A stretch of 64,000 nt of DNA from Octopus vulgaris. Taxonomy: Eukaryota. The stretch is taken from the NCBI GenBank assembly GCA_951406725.2, contig OX597826.1, positions 19,530,001 through 19,594,000 of the forward strand, written 5' to 3'. The notes under the pieces were generated by a model that did not search any database, had not been told where the DNA came from, and saw nothing but the letters and a program-made list of their open reading frames with translations. The translations under genes and the position numbers were made by a program. Positions 51,636 to 64,000 of the stretch are shown one piece after another (the stretch's first letter is position 1; every line of letters begins with the position of its first letter).

Positions 51636-52659
51636 ATCTCTCTGTCGCTCTCACTCTCTCTCTCACATACGTGTGTATACATGCATATAGGTAAACTCGC
51701 TTGTGTAATACCCTAATACCCATACTACCGTTTAGTTTTATGACATGTGATGATGTTCCCGATGGAATGAAACTATTATTTTCAGAAAATCTTTAATCAT
51801 CATAACTAATTTCGTTTTGTGTCTCTATTCGAATATATTGTTTTATATACCAGTTTTTATATACAAAACAGGCAAAGTTGTTGGAGCGTTGAATAAAACG
51901 TTTTACATTTTCTTGCATTAGCTCTCTGCGCTCTGAATTCAAAATCATCTAGTTCAGCTTCGTCTTCATCTTTTTGGGGGTCAATAAATAAAGTACCAGT
52001 TGATTCTTTTTTCTTCTGTTTCTAAAGAAAATCGGTTGTGGTCAGATCTGGAGATGCTTGGGATCCCTCGGGTTAAACATGACAAAGACGCACTGTTTAT
52101 CGCAACGGCGCTTCTTACAACCCCATCAAGTGTCGAAGGTTTAATGTAAAGCAATATATAAAAAAAAAGAATCCAAATTATATAGAACATTGTGCCTAAC
52201 TCATAGAGAAAGTTTTATATATAAATTGATGTTGAAAAATATTCGACTAATAGTTAAAAACATTAATTTACTGCTTTACAATTTTATATAGAATTGCAGA
52301 GAAAACGAGAAGAATGACTATGGAGGCAGGCTTTACAAACCTGAAAACTCAACAGAAAACTATTTCACACAAAGTAAAGCATGAAATCATCCAGAACTTT
52401 ACCATTGTATGAATTTTAAAATGAGTGTTGACGATTTTATCTGTGATAAGTTTTACAATGATACTTGTAGTAAGCACGCACACAATTGGCTCTTATTACA
52501 ATTGCCTCATTCTTATTTGAAGACAGTAAACATCTTAAAACATTACAGGACTAAGTAGATTTGGAACACTATTGTCCCAAACAAAATATAAAGGATTAAT
52601 ATGGAAATATGAAAACAAATCCTAAAAAAAAAGGCTCAAAGTCAAGTCCTTAATGTAAC

Positions 52660-53120
52660 ATTCCGGCCCAGCGGAACTTGTGCTTTTGGTATTCTGCGAT
52701 CACTTTGTTTACCCCGCTTCGTTCTCGAATCACCTCGGTTTGGATATGATATTCCAAGCATGGATATTTCCATACCTTTTTTGTGTCGCAACCAATTGAT
52801 GTTCTTCCCTCTTCATAGTAACCCACGTCTCATTTGCGCATAAGAGCATTCGAACAGTCTAGCAAGTATGGACTTGTTCAGGTTATTTTGAGCACATCTT
52901 TTATCAAGGCAAACGCCTTCCCTCTTGCCCTTATTCTTCTCGACATTTCAGCGTTCTTATCCCAGGTGAAGCGTAAAGGCTAGGGAGCGAAACACTTGTG
53001 ACCCTGAGATATCTGTTGACGATATGGAAGGGTTTCCAGCATTGCAATAGATTTAGAAGAGCTTGCAAAACCTCTGAGTAGCTTCTCCAGTTTCTGCGTG
53101 GGGCAAAGCATCCCTGTTTT
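52660..53120 (-). mobile_element. RTE LINE fragment
   Basis: RYLR...W..F, LMRK(ETW-like), IRERSGVNKVI...KFRWAG. Confidence 0.7.
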
Positions 53121-53288
53121 CTACAAGTATATGTTGAATCGAACACTTCTAATGTAGAAACAAATAGCGCAAAACGTGTATTGTACTATGAAGATTTGTG
53201 TAGAACCGAATGAAACTTGAAATATAAAAATGACTTATTTTTAATGAAAACAATTGTATAGATGCATTTGAGAGAGTGGGTGGGTAGG

Positions 53289-53348
<60 letters not shown>

Positions 53349-53542
53349 AAAGTAAGACGTTAAAAAACGTAATTTCGCAGAGTAAGATTTTATCTTGCGG
53401 TGAATTTAAATTGTATCGTGTAGCTGAAATATTATTAAAACTGCAATTTTTAAGAATTTTCTTGACAGTGTAGACATTGATTGCTCAGTTGATAGACATC
53501 TTTCTTTATTAGAGATAAATAAGTATGTATGTGCATATATAT

Positions 53543-53584
<42 letters not shown>

Positions 53585-54343
53585 ACACACTTGTGTAAGT
53601 TCGATATGTGTGAGAAGATGAATATAAATATGTCTCATTCTCCAAATTTGAAACCGCAAAACAAAGAAGAAAATAATGAAAAAGAGGGAGAGGGATGGAG
53701 GGAGAAGTGGAGAAAATGTAAAAGTGAGACTGCAAAGAAAAGGAGATAAAGAAGAAAAAGAAGGAGAAGCAGATATATTGGTGGTAGAAAGTGAGATGAA
53801 GAGAAGTAATGAAAAATAAGCGTGGAAGAGGTTGATGGCCAAAGATAAAGATAGGTAAAGAATGAGGGAGAGAATAAAGAGACCGAGTGGGAGAAAGAGG
53901 TATAAAATGTCTCTCCTCAAATTTACAAAAAGAATACTTTGGTGGTGGGGGCGCCGGGGACGGCGACGGCGATGAAGGCAGCAAGTGTTGCTGGATAGAA
54001 TCAGCAGTGGCTCTAATTTCTGTCGAGCGCATTCCACAGAAAGCTCTGTGAAAGTCAAAGTTCTAAGGGCGTTCTAATTGTAGTTGCTTGCGTCACTTCT
54101 GGTTGACAGTCACTGAGTGGTGAGTGCGAAGACAAAGCTGCAGAAAGTCAGGGTAGAAAACGGGTGGGTTGGTAGAAAGAGAGAGAGAGAGAAATAAACA
54201 TACACTTATGTACAAGACACAAACACATATTCACTCACACACATATGTATACATATATATATATAATATAATACATATATGTGTATGTGAATAGATACAC
54301 GTATATGTATGATGTATGTATACAGCGAAATATATATATTCTT

Positions 54344-54378
<35 letters not shown>

Positions 54379-54781
54379 TAAATATATATACCAGAGTAAT
54401 ATATATACGTATGTATGTGTGAGTGTGTGTATGTATATATATGTATATATATATATATATATACACATGCCGCTCCTCAAACTTCCTCACGTGTGAGCTC
54501 CTTCAGACTTTCAGACCGGCAAATTGTATGCCTGTGTGCATGTATGTGCGTGCGCGCGCGTTAGAGAGTGTGTATATGTGTGTGCGTGTGTGTGTGTGCG
54601 TGTGTGTGTGTGCCTGTGTGTTAAGAGACTGATGGAAAGAAAAAGTGAGAGAGAGTGAGTTTGAACATAAACAGGCGCAAGAGAAAGATAAGAAGTTTAC
54701 CATTTCTTTATCCCCTTCTCTCTTTATATTTGTAGAGAAAAACAGGATTGAACAAGAGAGATAGAGTGGTAGTAGACTTAC

Positions 54782-54899
54782 CTCCTAGCTGACTGTCTTT
54801 TGCGCCTGCTGTTGTTGCCATTAGCAACAAGGATAAAGCAACACATACAGTATATAGTTTGGTCATAAAGTATAGTTTTAGCCGTGTTGACATCTTCAT
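54782..54899 (-). CDS. First coding exon of a secreted or membrane protein (signal peptide)
   Basis: MKMSTRLKLYFMTKLYTVCVALSLLLMATTAGAKDSQLG: basic N-region, hydrophobic core, A-G-A cleavage motif. Followed by GAG|GTAAGT donor (phase 1). Confidence 0.6.
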
Positions 54900-55957
54900 A
54901 CTTAAACACCGTCTCAAAGTGAACACAACCGCTAGAATAGCTTCACTAAAGGACTCTGGTGCTGGTGGAGCATACGGAAGTGTCACTTGATGTGGTGATG
55001 GTGTTGTCGTGGATGAAGCTGCTGTGACAGGGAAGTTGGTGGTAGTGGGTATGTGTATGTGTGTGTGGTGGTGAAGGAGGGTTAAACTGTAATGATAGTT
55101 GTAATGGTAGACACGATGGTGGTGTATGTGTGCACAGTTTTGGGGGCGAGTTTGTAAAATTGACAGTGTGAGCTAATGGCGTATTGATGGATAAGAGCTG
55201 TTGCGGTAATTAACAGTGGTGTGTGGTAATGTATGGGTGAGATTATAAAGGTGACAGGGGTGGCAGTGACGGTGGTGGCAGTGACGGTGGTGGTGAAGGT
55301 GTAGGGAAAGCGGTTGTAGTAATGTATAAGAAGAAAAAAGAGAGGATGGAGCAAAGTGGTTATGGTACATGCTTTGATAATGAAAGTAGTTTTTAGTATT
55401 GCATGTATTCGAGATGTGTGTGTACATATTATATGAAAGTAGATATGTTGCAATTAAATGTTCATTTCTCTCTCCTTCTCTCTCTCTCTCTCCCGTCCTC
55501 TTCACCCTTCCACCAATATCAGATAACACGTGTGTGTATGTGTGTGTGTGCGTGCATGTGCATATGTGTGTTTGTATGTGTGCGCGCTTTTGGGTGATCA
55601 CCCATTATTGGATATTCAAATGATAAAAGATCAAGCGCTATTATACGGATATTACGTATGTTGAGATTATTTAACGCAACAGCTTAAGAAGCCGACTTAG
55701 AAGTTGCATTCACTACATATGCAATGGAGTGACTACAATCATTTTAATAATTTAATAATTTTGAGAGACAACTTTGGACATGTTTCTGTTTTATTAGACT
55801 TCTTCAGTGAGAAAATGCTCACTTGTATACAATATTTGTTCATCTTATTTATGATTCACTTATCCTTACTACGGCGATACGATAAAGTATTTACTTCGAT
55901 GAAATATTGGCAATACTATCTTTTAATGGCCGGCCAAGAAAGAACTGGAAGCGCATT

Positions 55958-55992
55958 GTGAGTGGATTTGGTGGACGGAACTGAAAGAAGCT

Positions 55993-56024
<32 letters not shown>

Positions 56025-56054
56025 TGTATGTATGTATGTATGTATGTATGTATG

Positions 56055-56116
<62 letters not shown>

Positions 56117-56320
56117 CCTATCTACCTGTGACTGTCTCTTTGTGTTTGTCCCCCACTATCCACCACTTGACAACCAATGTTGGCTTGTTAACTTAGCGGT
56201 TCGGCAAAAAAAACAACAATAGACTAAGTACCAAACTTTTAAAAACAATGTACCGTGGTCGATGTATTTGACAAAGTTGGTGGCCAAGCATGGTCGCAGT
56301 CCAATGACTGAAGCAAAATA
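55958..56320 (+). mobile_element. 5'-truncated SINE with expanded (TATG)n(TATC)n
   Basis: GTGAGTGGATTTGG...CTGAAAGAAGC, then CTTGACAACC...GCAGTCCAATGACTG. Confidence 0.7.
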
Positions 56321-56540
56321 TATGTATATTACTTTTTATTTGTATGTATATATATGTTACTTGTCACATATGTTTTATATATATATATATTATATTGCGA
56401 GGATAAACTGGTGCTTGACTGAGGATAGAGGGCTTTGAATGTCCCGTCCGTGTTTTCTTTGTATTGTCTATCTGGATGTTTTGTTCTCCTTTTTTGTATC
56501 ATCTAGCTGTCCGGATGTTTTGCGTTCTGGTCCCATTTTG

Positions 56541-56633
<93 letters not shown>

Positions 56634-59098
56634 TGACAATACTATTGCATTCATATTTCTTCGCTGAAATACAGAAGTATAAAACTGTTTTTTGATTACT
56701 TGGGACGTTATCGTTTTGTTAGGACTCTGTTTCATGGAGTAGTGATACAACGGTGACACAAGCAACCATATCAGCATCAATTCCACCACCTTGGACTGGC
56801 GATACTGTTGTATACTTCTCCCTGTTGCGAGCATATTTTGTTCCAAATAAAATTTCCTTGCATTGAGTGGTAAAGTTAAAGATTTTCTCAGAACCCCAGC
56901 CGATACTGTCGCTGACTATGATTTTAAAGTTGAGATTTTAAAGGCTGAGCTTTTAAAGAGAACATCTAATTCCCAGCAGAAATGCATTGATCAACTACTA
57001 CACTATGGAGCAATGGATGACAGAAAGCCTCCACGGTTATTAGGCAGGAAAACTGCCAAGTCAAGGATTTAGTGCGGCTACAACACATGGGAGTAACTTG
57101 ATTTATGTTCTCGACAATTCTTCAAAAGCTATTTTTTTATATATATACTAGAGTTGAATTTGGCCGTATAGCATTCTAAATGTTCTCCGCAACTGACGAC
57201 TGTTGCCTTACAAGTAATTAATTTGTCGAAAGCCACAAACTGAGAAAAATCCTTGATTCTGAATTTGAACTTGCGGAGAGATTTCAAATGGAAATTTATC
57301 ATAGCCAATCTTCCTTAACCAATGGCAGCGGATTTCGTTCATCATTTTGGTCTACTGACTGATGTGAAAAACCAAAAGCTAACTGATACTACAACTAATC
57401 TATTGATTCGCAGTATTGTCGTAGCCCTGTTTTCTTCGTTTTGTCTTTCGTAAATACCCAGATATCCAGGCTTTTTTTTATATATAATATATAATAAAAA
57501 CCATTACATTCAGTAACACACCTTATTAACATAAATGGTCTTCAGTTTCAGCGTGACCTTGTCGACTTGCTTAAATCAAAATGAAAATCGTTAAAGACAA
57601 ATTCAGTCACATGTTTCCACTTTGCATAATTTTCCCGACAAGCAGTAATTGGTCCTCTCCATTACGTATGGTATCCAAGAAGACTCCTGACAATTGGCAC
57701 CTCCAAAACAGAACCGGACAAATATCCTGTTCCAGAAACCTATGATTTTGCACCCTTGTTGCATGATGTCACGTGTATCTTGGAAAACATTCCAAGATAC
57801 GCTTAATTAGTGCTTATGTCCAAATTCTTGGCGAACCTACTACTGTTCATAAGACAGCTATTACAAAACCTTTTGGACTATTTGAAGTTTTGAGAATAGC
57901 CATTGGTCTCCAAAATTCAGTGAATTCTTTCCATCGATCCCTAAGAATTATACTTTTAATGGCCAGGTCTTCTGTATCTGAGCATGAAAATCATCTACAA
58001 CAGCTTGTTGCTGTACTACCTCAATATGGTGTCGTAATTGCGCATACTTACGTATCTTTTCGGTGATGAATTTCTAACATTCTTAGGAGAGGTTGTTGAT
58101 AAAAACGGAATCCTACCAACACAAGATAAAAGTGGAAACTATTTTACCATTTCCGCCTCCTACATCTTTACGGAAATTGCGAGAATTACTCGGTCTGATT
58201 AATTTCTATGTTTCATTCTGCATTGAATCTAAAAGGAGAAAAACGTGAAAAACACACAAACAACAACGCGTTGCAATCGTTTATAACTATTATAGACGGG
58301 ATATCTAAAGTTGCTTTGTCAACTCAACCGACACACCTTTTCTTTCTTTTTTTTTTATTTTTGGCTGGTGTTTCTGAAGTGGGAATCGGTGGAGTCTTAC
58401 AACAGTTTATTTATAACTCATGGCAGTCACTTTCATCCTTCTCATTACGACTGAAACAAGCTGAAATCAAATACAGTACTTTCGATCGTAAATTATTGGC
58501 AGATTCCTTACCAATTATTTTCATCATTTCCTTGAAGGACAACAATTTGGCCTATATACCGATCATTAACTGTTGATTATGCATTACAACACCTGACAAA
58601 GATTCTCCAAAAGAAAATTGTTCCTTAAATTTCATATCAGTTTGATATTCAGTGTATCCAAGGAGCAAAACAACGGCCTGGTCGTTGAGTGCAGATTGAT
58701 TCTTTATATCCTCACAGCACAAGTGTTTGAGAAAAAATTGTCTCAGATAAGGAAACAGCAGAGAAATTCAACATCTTTTCTAGAATTTAATTTCCTTCCT
58801 CTACTAGCTTCTACGATTTTTAATTGGCGTAATATCTCCACTGGTCACGAAAGATCTTTCGTTCGTCTGCAACACAGAGTTTTCGCTTTCCAAACATTCA
58901 TTTCAGCTCGATTAATTTGACCAGAAATAAAGCAAAATATTTGAGAATCAGTTAAAAAATACATTGCTTATCGGAGCATCCCTCGGAGCTTTTCCGCCTT
59001 CGGTTGTTTATCTGTGAATGTGTATTGATCGTTTCTCTCCGATGGCTTGTTCGAGACATTTCAGCTACAATGGTAGCAAAAGCTTTGGCTTTTCCTGC

Positions 59099-59363
59099 TG
59101 TGGGATGACGTCAGCAGCTGGGGAGCTGACCAGAACTTGGGGTTGACCGGAAGGGGCAGCCGAGACGCGCGCGCAGCGAGCGGACATTTCTGCCTTTCGA
59201 GCCAGGGTCGACGAGGTGATCACGTTGCTAAGGTTGGGTGAAGCAGCTGCTATCTCTAGCGTTCGGGTCGGGCTGTGTTGAAAGATCCATTACCGCTGAA
59301 GGGTCTCCATCAGAGCGAAGAGAAGGTAGGTGCCTTTATTTCGAATCTCTTGCACACACCTCA
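59099..59363 (+). repeat. 5' LTR
   Basis: About 15 substitutions plus a 12-bp indel versus the 3' LTR (hand count); TGACGTCA at 59106. Confidence 0.95.
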
Positions 59364-59398
59364 AGCTATTTCGACGCTCCATATAAGTCGTCGCCACG

Positions 59399-60151
59399 AT
59401 GGCAGCGAAAATCAGGAATCGCCAGCGACATCATCAGACCCTTTAATGGTGAAGGCGATGTAGTGGCCTGGATTCGTAAATTCAAGCTGGTGGCGAGACT
59501 GCAAGGTATAAGCGATGTGGTAAGTCTTATGGCGCTGTATTTAGAAGGGAGCGCGTGAACGCTATATCTTGAGATGGAGGAGGAACGCCTGAGCGAGGAA
59601 AAGATAGAGCAACGTCTGAGGGATGCCTACATAGAATGTGAATACACAGCTTTTGTTAAGCTGGGTACGATCAGATGGACAGGTGGACGAGTACGCGGCA
59701 GAAGTTAGAAGGTTAGCGACGCTGGCTGGGTTTATAGGAGAAGGGCTGGAGAGAGCAGCGCGACTGGCGTTTGTATGGGTTCCTCGACGATGTAGGGATT
59801 CACCTACAACGATTGCCCGGGATTAAAAAGATGGCGCTGAGCGAACTTGTGACTCAAGCCCGCGTGTTGACGCGACACTCTGGGCGGAAGGCGATAGCGA
59901 TGGCGGTAACGGAGGTGCGTAAAGACGGACGACGACTGGAGAAAGACGTACAGAAGCCTACCATGCAGCGACAGCGGCTGTTCTCAGGTCGGTGTTTTAG
60001 ATGTCAGGGGTCGCACATGGCGCGGGACTGTACGCAACCGGGGCCCGTTTGCTATCGATGCAGGCAGACAGGGCACATCGCCCGTGATTGCGACCAGGGA
60101 AACGACCGCGGGGAAGTTACTGCCTCTCGAACTTTCCCCGCAAACGAGTAG
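59399..60151 (+). pseudogene. gag: gag (two zinc knuckles), disrupted
   Basis: IIRPFNGEGDVVAWIRKFKLVA...; CFRCQGSHMARDC and CYRCRQTGHIARDC; stop and frameshifts. Confidence 0.85.
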
Positions 60152-60156
60152 AGGCG
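60097..60156 (+). promoter_or_regulatory. -1 ribosomal frameshift signal (G GGA AAC plus H-type pseudoknot)
   Basis: Heptamer in gag phase. Stem 1 60108-60118/60130-60141, stem 2 60121-60127/60150-60156. Protease lies in the -1 frame. Confidence 0.8.
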
Positions 60157-62862
60157 CTATTGGAGACGCTGCCATTAATTGACGTGGAGGCCGAGGGGAA
60201 GACGTTCAAGGCCCTCGTGGATACGGGCTGTACGACCACCCTTGTGACTTCAAGGGTGACGAAGAAATGGAACGAGGCAAGTAGCGTCCGGGCGGTGGAC
60301 GGCAGCGAAATCCGTTGCAGAGGCAGCAGCAAGGTAGGGATAGTGGTGCACGGCGCGACGCTAAGGCTGCAGGTAATTGTGGCTGAACGCGTGATAGATG
60401 GGGTTGATGCGGTGATGGGTATGGACGCCATCAACTGCCTCGGTGACGTCAGTGTTGTGGGAAATGAGGTCACGTTCGGAAGCGTGGGGGGCGTCGTGCA
60501 CTGCGAGTCAGGATCGCCAGAGAGAGCAGAGCTCCGCGAGGGACCGCGCCGCTTACACCACCGAGGACAAAGACTTTCAGGCGGCGTTCGATGGTCAGCG
60601 GTGGACGATAGAGTGGCGATGGAAGGACGAGCCCCCGACGCTGGAAAACTGGGTGAGCTGTTACCAGCATACCCTAAAAGGCCACGCCAGGGTTGAGTTT
60701 GAAGACGAGGTGGAGAGGTGGATCGAGGAAGGGGTCCTTGTCCCTTGGAAGGAGGAGGTAGCGGGCGGAGTGCTACCCCTGATGGCGGTGGTGCAGCCTA
60801 CGAAGGGAAAAGTCAGACCGGTGCTTAACTTCAGAGAGCTAAACCAGCATATATCGTGTCACACGGGAGGTGAGGTGGCGAGACGTTACGTGCGTGGAGA
60901 CAGTCGACAGAGGCAGCGACGATTGCAGCTCCATGTGAGCGACAAACTGTGGAGATATCAGCTGGTGCGGTACAAAGGCCGGATGTACTGTTTAACCAGG
61001 CTGGGTTTCGGGCTGAATTCCGCCCCGAAGATCATGGCGGCAGTGCTTAAGTCCGTCCGAGGGAAAGACGGCAAGATTAGAAAGGCCACCAGTTCCTACA
61101 TTGACGACATTTTGGTGGACGAAACTGTAGTGCCAGCCAACGAGGTAGTTAGACATCTGGAGAAGTTCGGACTGATTGCGAAGCCACCGGAGTCGATGGA
61201 AGGGGGAGCCGCGCTGGGGCTGAAGCTGCGAAGAGATAGATCGGGTAAATTGGTGTTCCGGAGAGGGAATGAAATCCCAGAGCTGAGTTCCAGCGTCAGC
61301 AGGAGAGAGCTGTTCTCGGTGTGTGGGAAGTTGGTCGATCACTACCCGATCGCTGGATGGCTGCGCACGGCGTGCAGTTACACCAAGAGACGAGCAGAGG
61401 GGGAGAGTTGGGGCGACAAGGTGGATGATGCAGGAAATCCTAGAGAGGACGAGAGCGGAAGACCCAGTCAGGGGGAACTGGTACGTGCCCAAGACGGAAT
61501 GCGGGACCGTCTGGTGTGATGCTAGCAGTATAGCGATAGGGGTTGTGTTGGCAATCGAAGGTGCTGCGGTGGAGGACGCGGCCTGGCTTCGGAAAGCAGA
61601 TGACTTCAACCACATCAATGTCGCCGAATTAGACGCGGTGCTGAAAGGGGTGAACTTGGCCCTGAAATGGGGGCTGCGCACAATTGAAATCCGGACGGAT
61701 TCGGTCACTGTGCTTGGCTGGGTAGGATCGGTGATCACCGGTGAAAGGAGAGTGCGGACGAAAGGTGCCGCGGAGATGTTAGTGAAGCGCCGTCTAGGAG
61801 TTCTAGGTGAATTGATCGCCGAGTTCGGACTGAAGCTGAATGTGGTTTTCGTGCCTTCGGAGAAAAACAGGGCGGACGCACTGACCAGGGTGAAAAGAGC
61901 GTGGTTGGAAGAACCGGAGGAGGCCCGGAAAGGGATAGCTGCGGCGTGTCTGTTGGATGACTCTGAACTGAAGAGACTGCATGCTATGCATCACCTGGAT
62001 GTGGACAGGACCCTGTATCTGGCGAAGAAAATTGATGCTGACGTCACTAGGAGAAGCATCCGGAAGGTGGTTGGGAGCTGCGACAGGTGTCAGTCCATCG
62101 ACCCTGCTCCGTGTGGGCATGAACAGGGAAGCCTTTCGGTAGAGCAGAACTGGAAAAGGCTAGCTGTGGATGTGACACACTACCGCCAGGGAATGTACTT
62201 CTCCATGGTCGACTGCGGGCCAGGCCGGCTGGCCATTTGGAGGGAGTTGAGAACGGACATTGCTGACGAGATCGCGCAGATCCTGAACGGGATATTTTTA
62301 GAGAGAGGTCCTGTGGAAGAACTACTGATGGACAACGGGGCGGAGTTTCGTTCGGAAGCATTGAGGGTTATGCTTGATCGGTGGAAGGTCCGTCGCTTGT
62401 TCAGAGCAGCGTATAGGCCGAGCGGTAACGGGATCGTCATCGGACAGTCAAGACCATAGCGGAAAGAGGGCACATTTCGCCGCTTGAAGCAGTTTTTTAG
62501 TACAACTTGTCTCCCCATCCGGACAAGCTGAGGAACCTGTGCCGCAGAGAGCTGTATTTAAATATGAATGGAGGCACCCGAGCAAAGCGCCGGAGGGCCA
62601 CGAGGAAGAGAAGGGACCCGTTTGCATGAAAATAGGGGAGGAAGTCTGGGTTAAGCCACCAAAGGCGCGCTGTACTTCTCATTGGAGCAGAGGAACGGTG
62701 ACGGCAGTCAATTCTAGAAACAACGTCTCTGTGGATGGAATGCCGCGACACGTCTTGGACCTTCGCAAGATTGTCGCTTTGACGGACGACGATAGTGAAG
62801 AGAGGAAGAACGAGGTACCCAGCTTGAGAAGATCTCGACGCGCAAGACGCCCTCCCGGTTAG
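60100..62862 (+). pseudogene. pol: pol (protease, RT, RNase H, integrase), disrupted
   Basis: ALVDTGC; LGFGLNSAP, YIDD; WCDAS...HINVAELDAV...TDS; HHCC, VDVTH, MDNG. Frameshifts and small deletions. Confidence 0.9.
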
Positions 62863-62917
62863 ATGGTGGACTACGACATGGAGTAGAGAGATTGTGATCT
62901 TTAAGATCAGGGTGGCG

Positions 62918-63194
62918 TGTGGGATGACGTCAGCAGCTGGGGAGCTGATCGGAACTTGGGGTTGACCGGAAGGGGAAGCCGAGACGCGCGCGCAGCGAGC
63001 GGGCATTTCTGCCTTTCGAGCCAGGGTCGTCGAGGTGTTAAGACGGGTGATCACGTTGCTAAGGTTGGGTGAAGCAGCTGCTATTTCTAGCATTCGGGTC
63101 GGGCTGTGTCGAAGGATCCGTTACCACTGAAGGGTGTCCATCTGAGCGAAGAGAAGGTAGGTGCCTTTATTTCGAATCTCTCGCACACACCACA
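62918..63194 (+). repeat. 3' LTR
   Basis: Direct repeat of 59099-59363, followed by TSD CCTGC. Confidence 0.95.
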
Positions 63195-63494
63195 CCTGCA
63201 CATCACATTCCGGAACTCCTACCTCAAATACTATTGATAAAGATTAGCTATTTAAGGCCACTCTTTCCACAAAGCACTTGCATTTGCTCCTTACAGAAAG
63301 AATTCGCACTACAGATTATCACCCAACCTTGATGGAATAGCAGAATGCTTTCATTATGATTTCATTCGACAAACGCTCTGCGAGAGGATTCCTGCAGCTG
63401 GCAGCTTTCCTCAAAATTTGAACCTGACATATTTAAATCCGAAAACTAAAATCACAGACAGACAACAGCACTATATTTGGTAATACTGATTTAT

Positions 63495-63925
63495 AATTTT
63501 GGCACAAGGCCAGCAATTTCAGGGGACGGGTGAGTCAATTACATGTACCCCAGTGCTCAACTGGTACTTATTTTATCGACCCTGAAAGGATGAAAGGTAA
63601 AGACGGCCTTGGTGGAATTTGAACTCAGAACGTAAAGACAGGCGAAATGCATTTAGTCCGGCTTGCTACCATCTCACCGCCCTAACTATATTTGGTAATA
63701 TTTGTTTCGATTTTTGGCACCAGGCCAGCAATTTCTGGAAGTGGGTAAGTCGATTACATCGACCACAGTGCTCAGCTGATACTAATAATATAATTAGTAC
63801 TCAACTGGTACTATATAAGTATATTATCGGCCCCGAAAGGAGGGAAGCAAAGTCAGACAAAATCAGGCAAAGTGGACCTCGGCGGAATTTGAACTCAGAA
63901 CGTTAAATCCGGTGAAATACCGTTC
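63495..63925 (-). mobile_element. Two Nin/Deu-domain-like SINE copies
   Basis: CCCCAGTGCTCAACTGGTACTTATTTTATCGACCC.GAAAGGATGAAAGG...GGAATTTGAACTCAGAACGT, present twice with variation. Confidence 0.75.
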
Positions 63926-64000
63926 GGACGAACGGGAACGTGAAACTTTGAGTAACAGTTTCGTGAAGCTTTTACAGCTCTAATGAAAGCATATTACTCT

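Larger units (their letters stand above)
59099..63194 (+). mobile_element. Full-length LTR retrotransposon (Gypsy-order pol: PR-RT-RH-IN), 4096 bp
   Basis: LTRs 59099-59363 and 62918-63194 (TG..CA), 5-bp TSD CCTGC, purine-rich tract before the 3' LTR, GC-rich interior. Confidence 0.95.
56750..63400 (+). mobile_element. Old degenerate Gypsy element, interrupted at 59099-63194
   Basis: KAELLKRTS...DRKP (gag), FKWKFIIA, SSNWSSPL, DKYPVP, KTAITKPFGLFE, GIGGVLQQ, AEIKYSTFDR. Integrase-like sequence resumes after the nested element. Confidence 0.8.

Noticed and set aside
52029-52138. Plus-strand open stretch NRLWSDLEMLGIPRVKHDKDALFIATALLTTPSSVE
   Set aside because: Weak AAG acceptor and GTTTAA donor; no recognisable homology.
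60992-63093. Long minus-strand ORFs over the LTR element
   Set aside because: Antisense shadows of GC-rich pol sequence with no recognisable motifs.

Overview
Eukaryotic, AT-rich, microsatellite-dense DNA. The tRNA-derived SINE families and repeat landscape look like an octopod cephalopod (Octopus-like); this is inferred. The only convincing host coding sequence is a minus-strand first exon encoding a signal peptide (54899-54782, GTAAGT donor). No in-frame downstream exon was identified, so most of the window is probably one giant intron. It is filled with decayed transposons: Tc1/mariner copies, RTE, Tx1/L1, R4/Dong and CRE LINE fragments, Helitrons, a solo LTR, and a 4.1-kb GC-rich LTR retrotransposon nested in an older Gypsy. 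The main signals not explained by the ORF track are: (1) at least six hammerhead-ribozyme motifs, several tied to Penelope-like remnants, including a G3:C8 core covariant inside 119-bp inverted repeats; (2) a ~2-kb composite unit bounded exactly by Helitron termini, carrying that ribozyme element, and present twice in tandem; (3) a GGGAAAC slippery site plus pseudoknot, and no tRNA PBS, in the LTR element; (4) an ancient 45-bp satellite spread over ~9.5 kb around phase-compatible decayed exons; (5) many fold-back palindromes. Most ORF-track entries are microsatellite artefacts. All family assignments come from motif recognition by eye, not from database searches.
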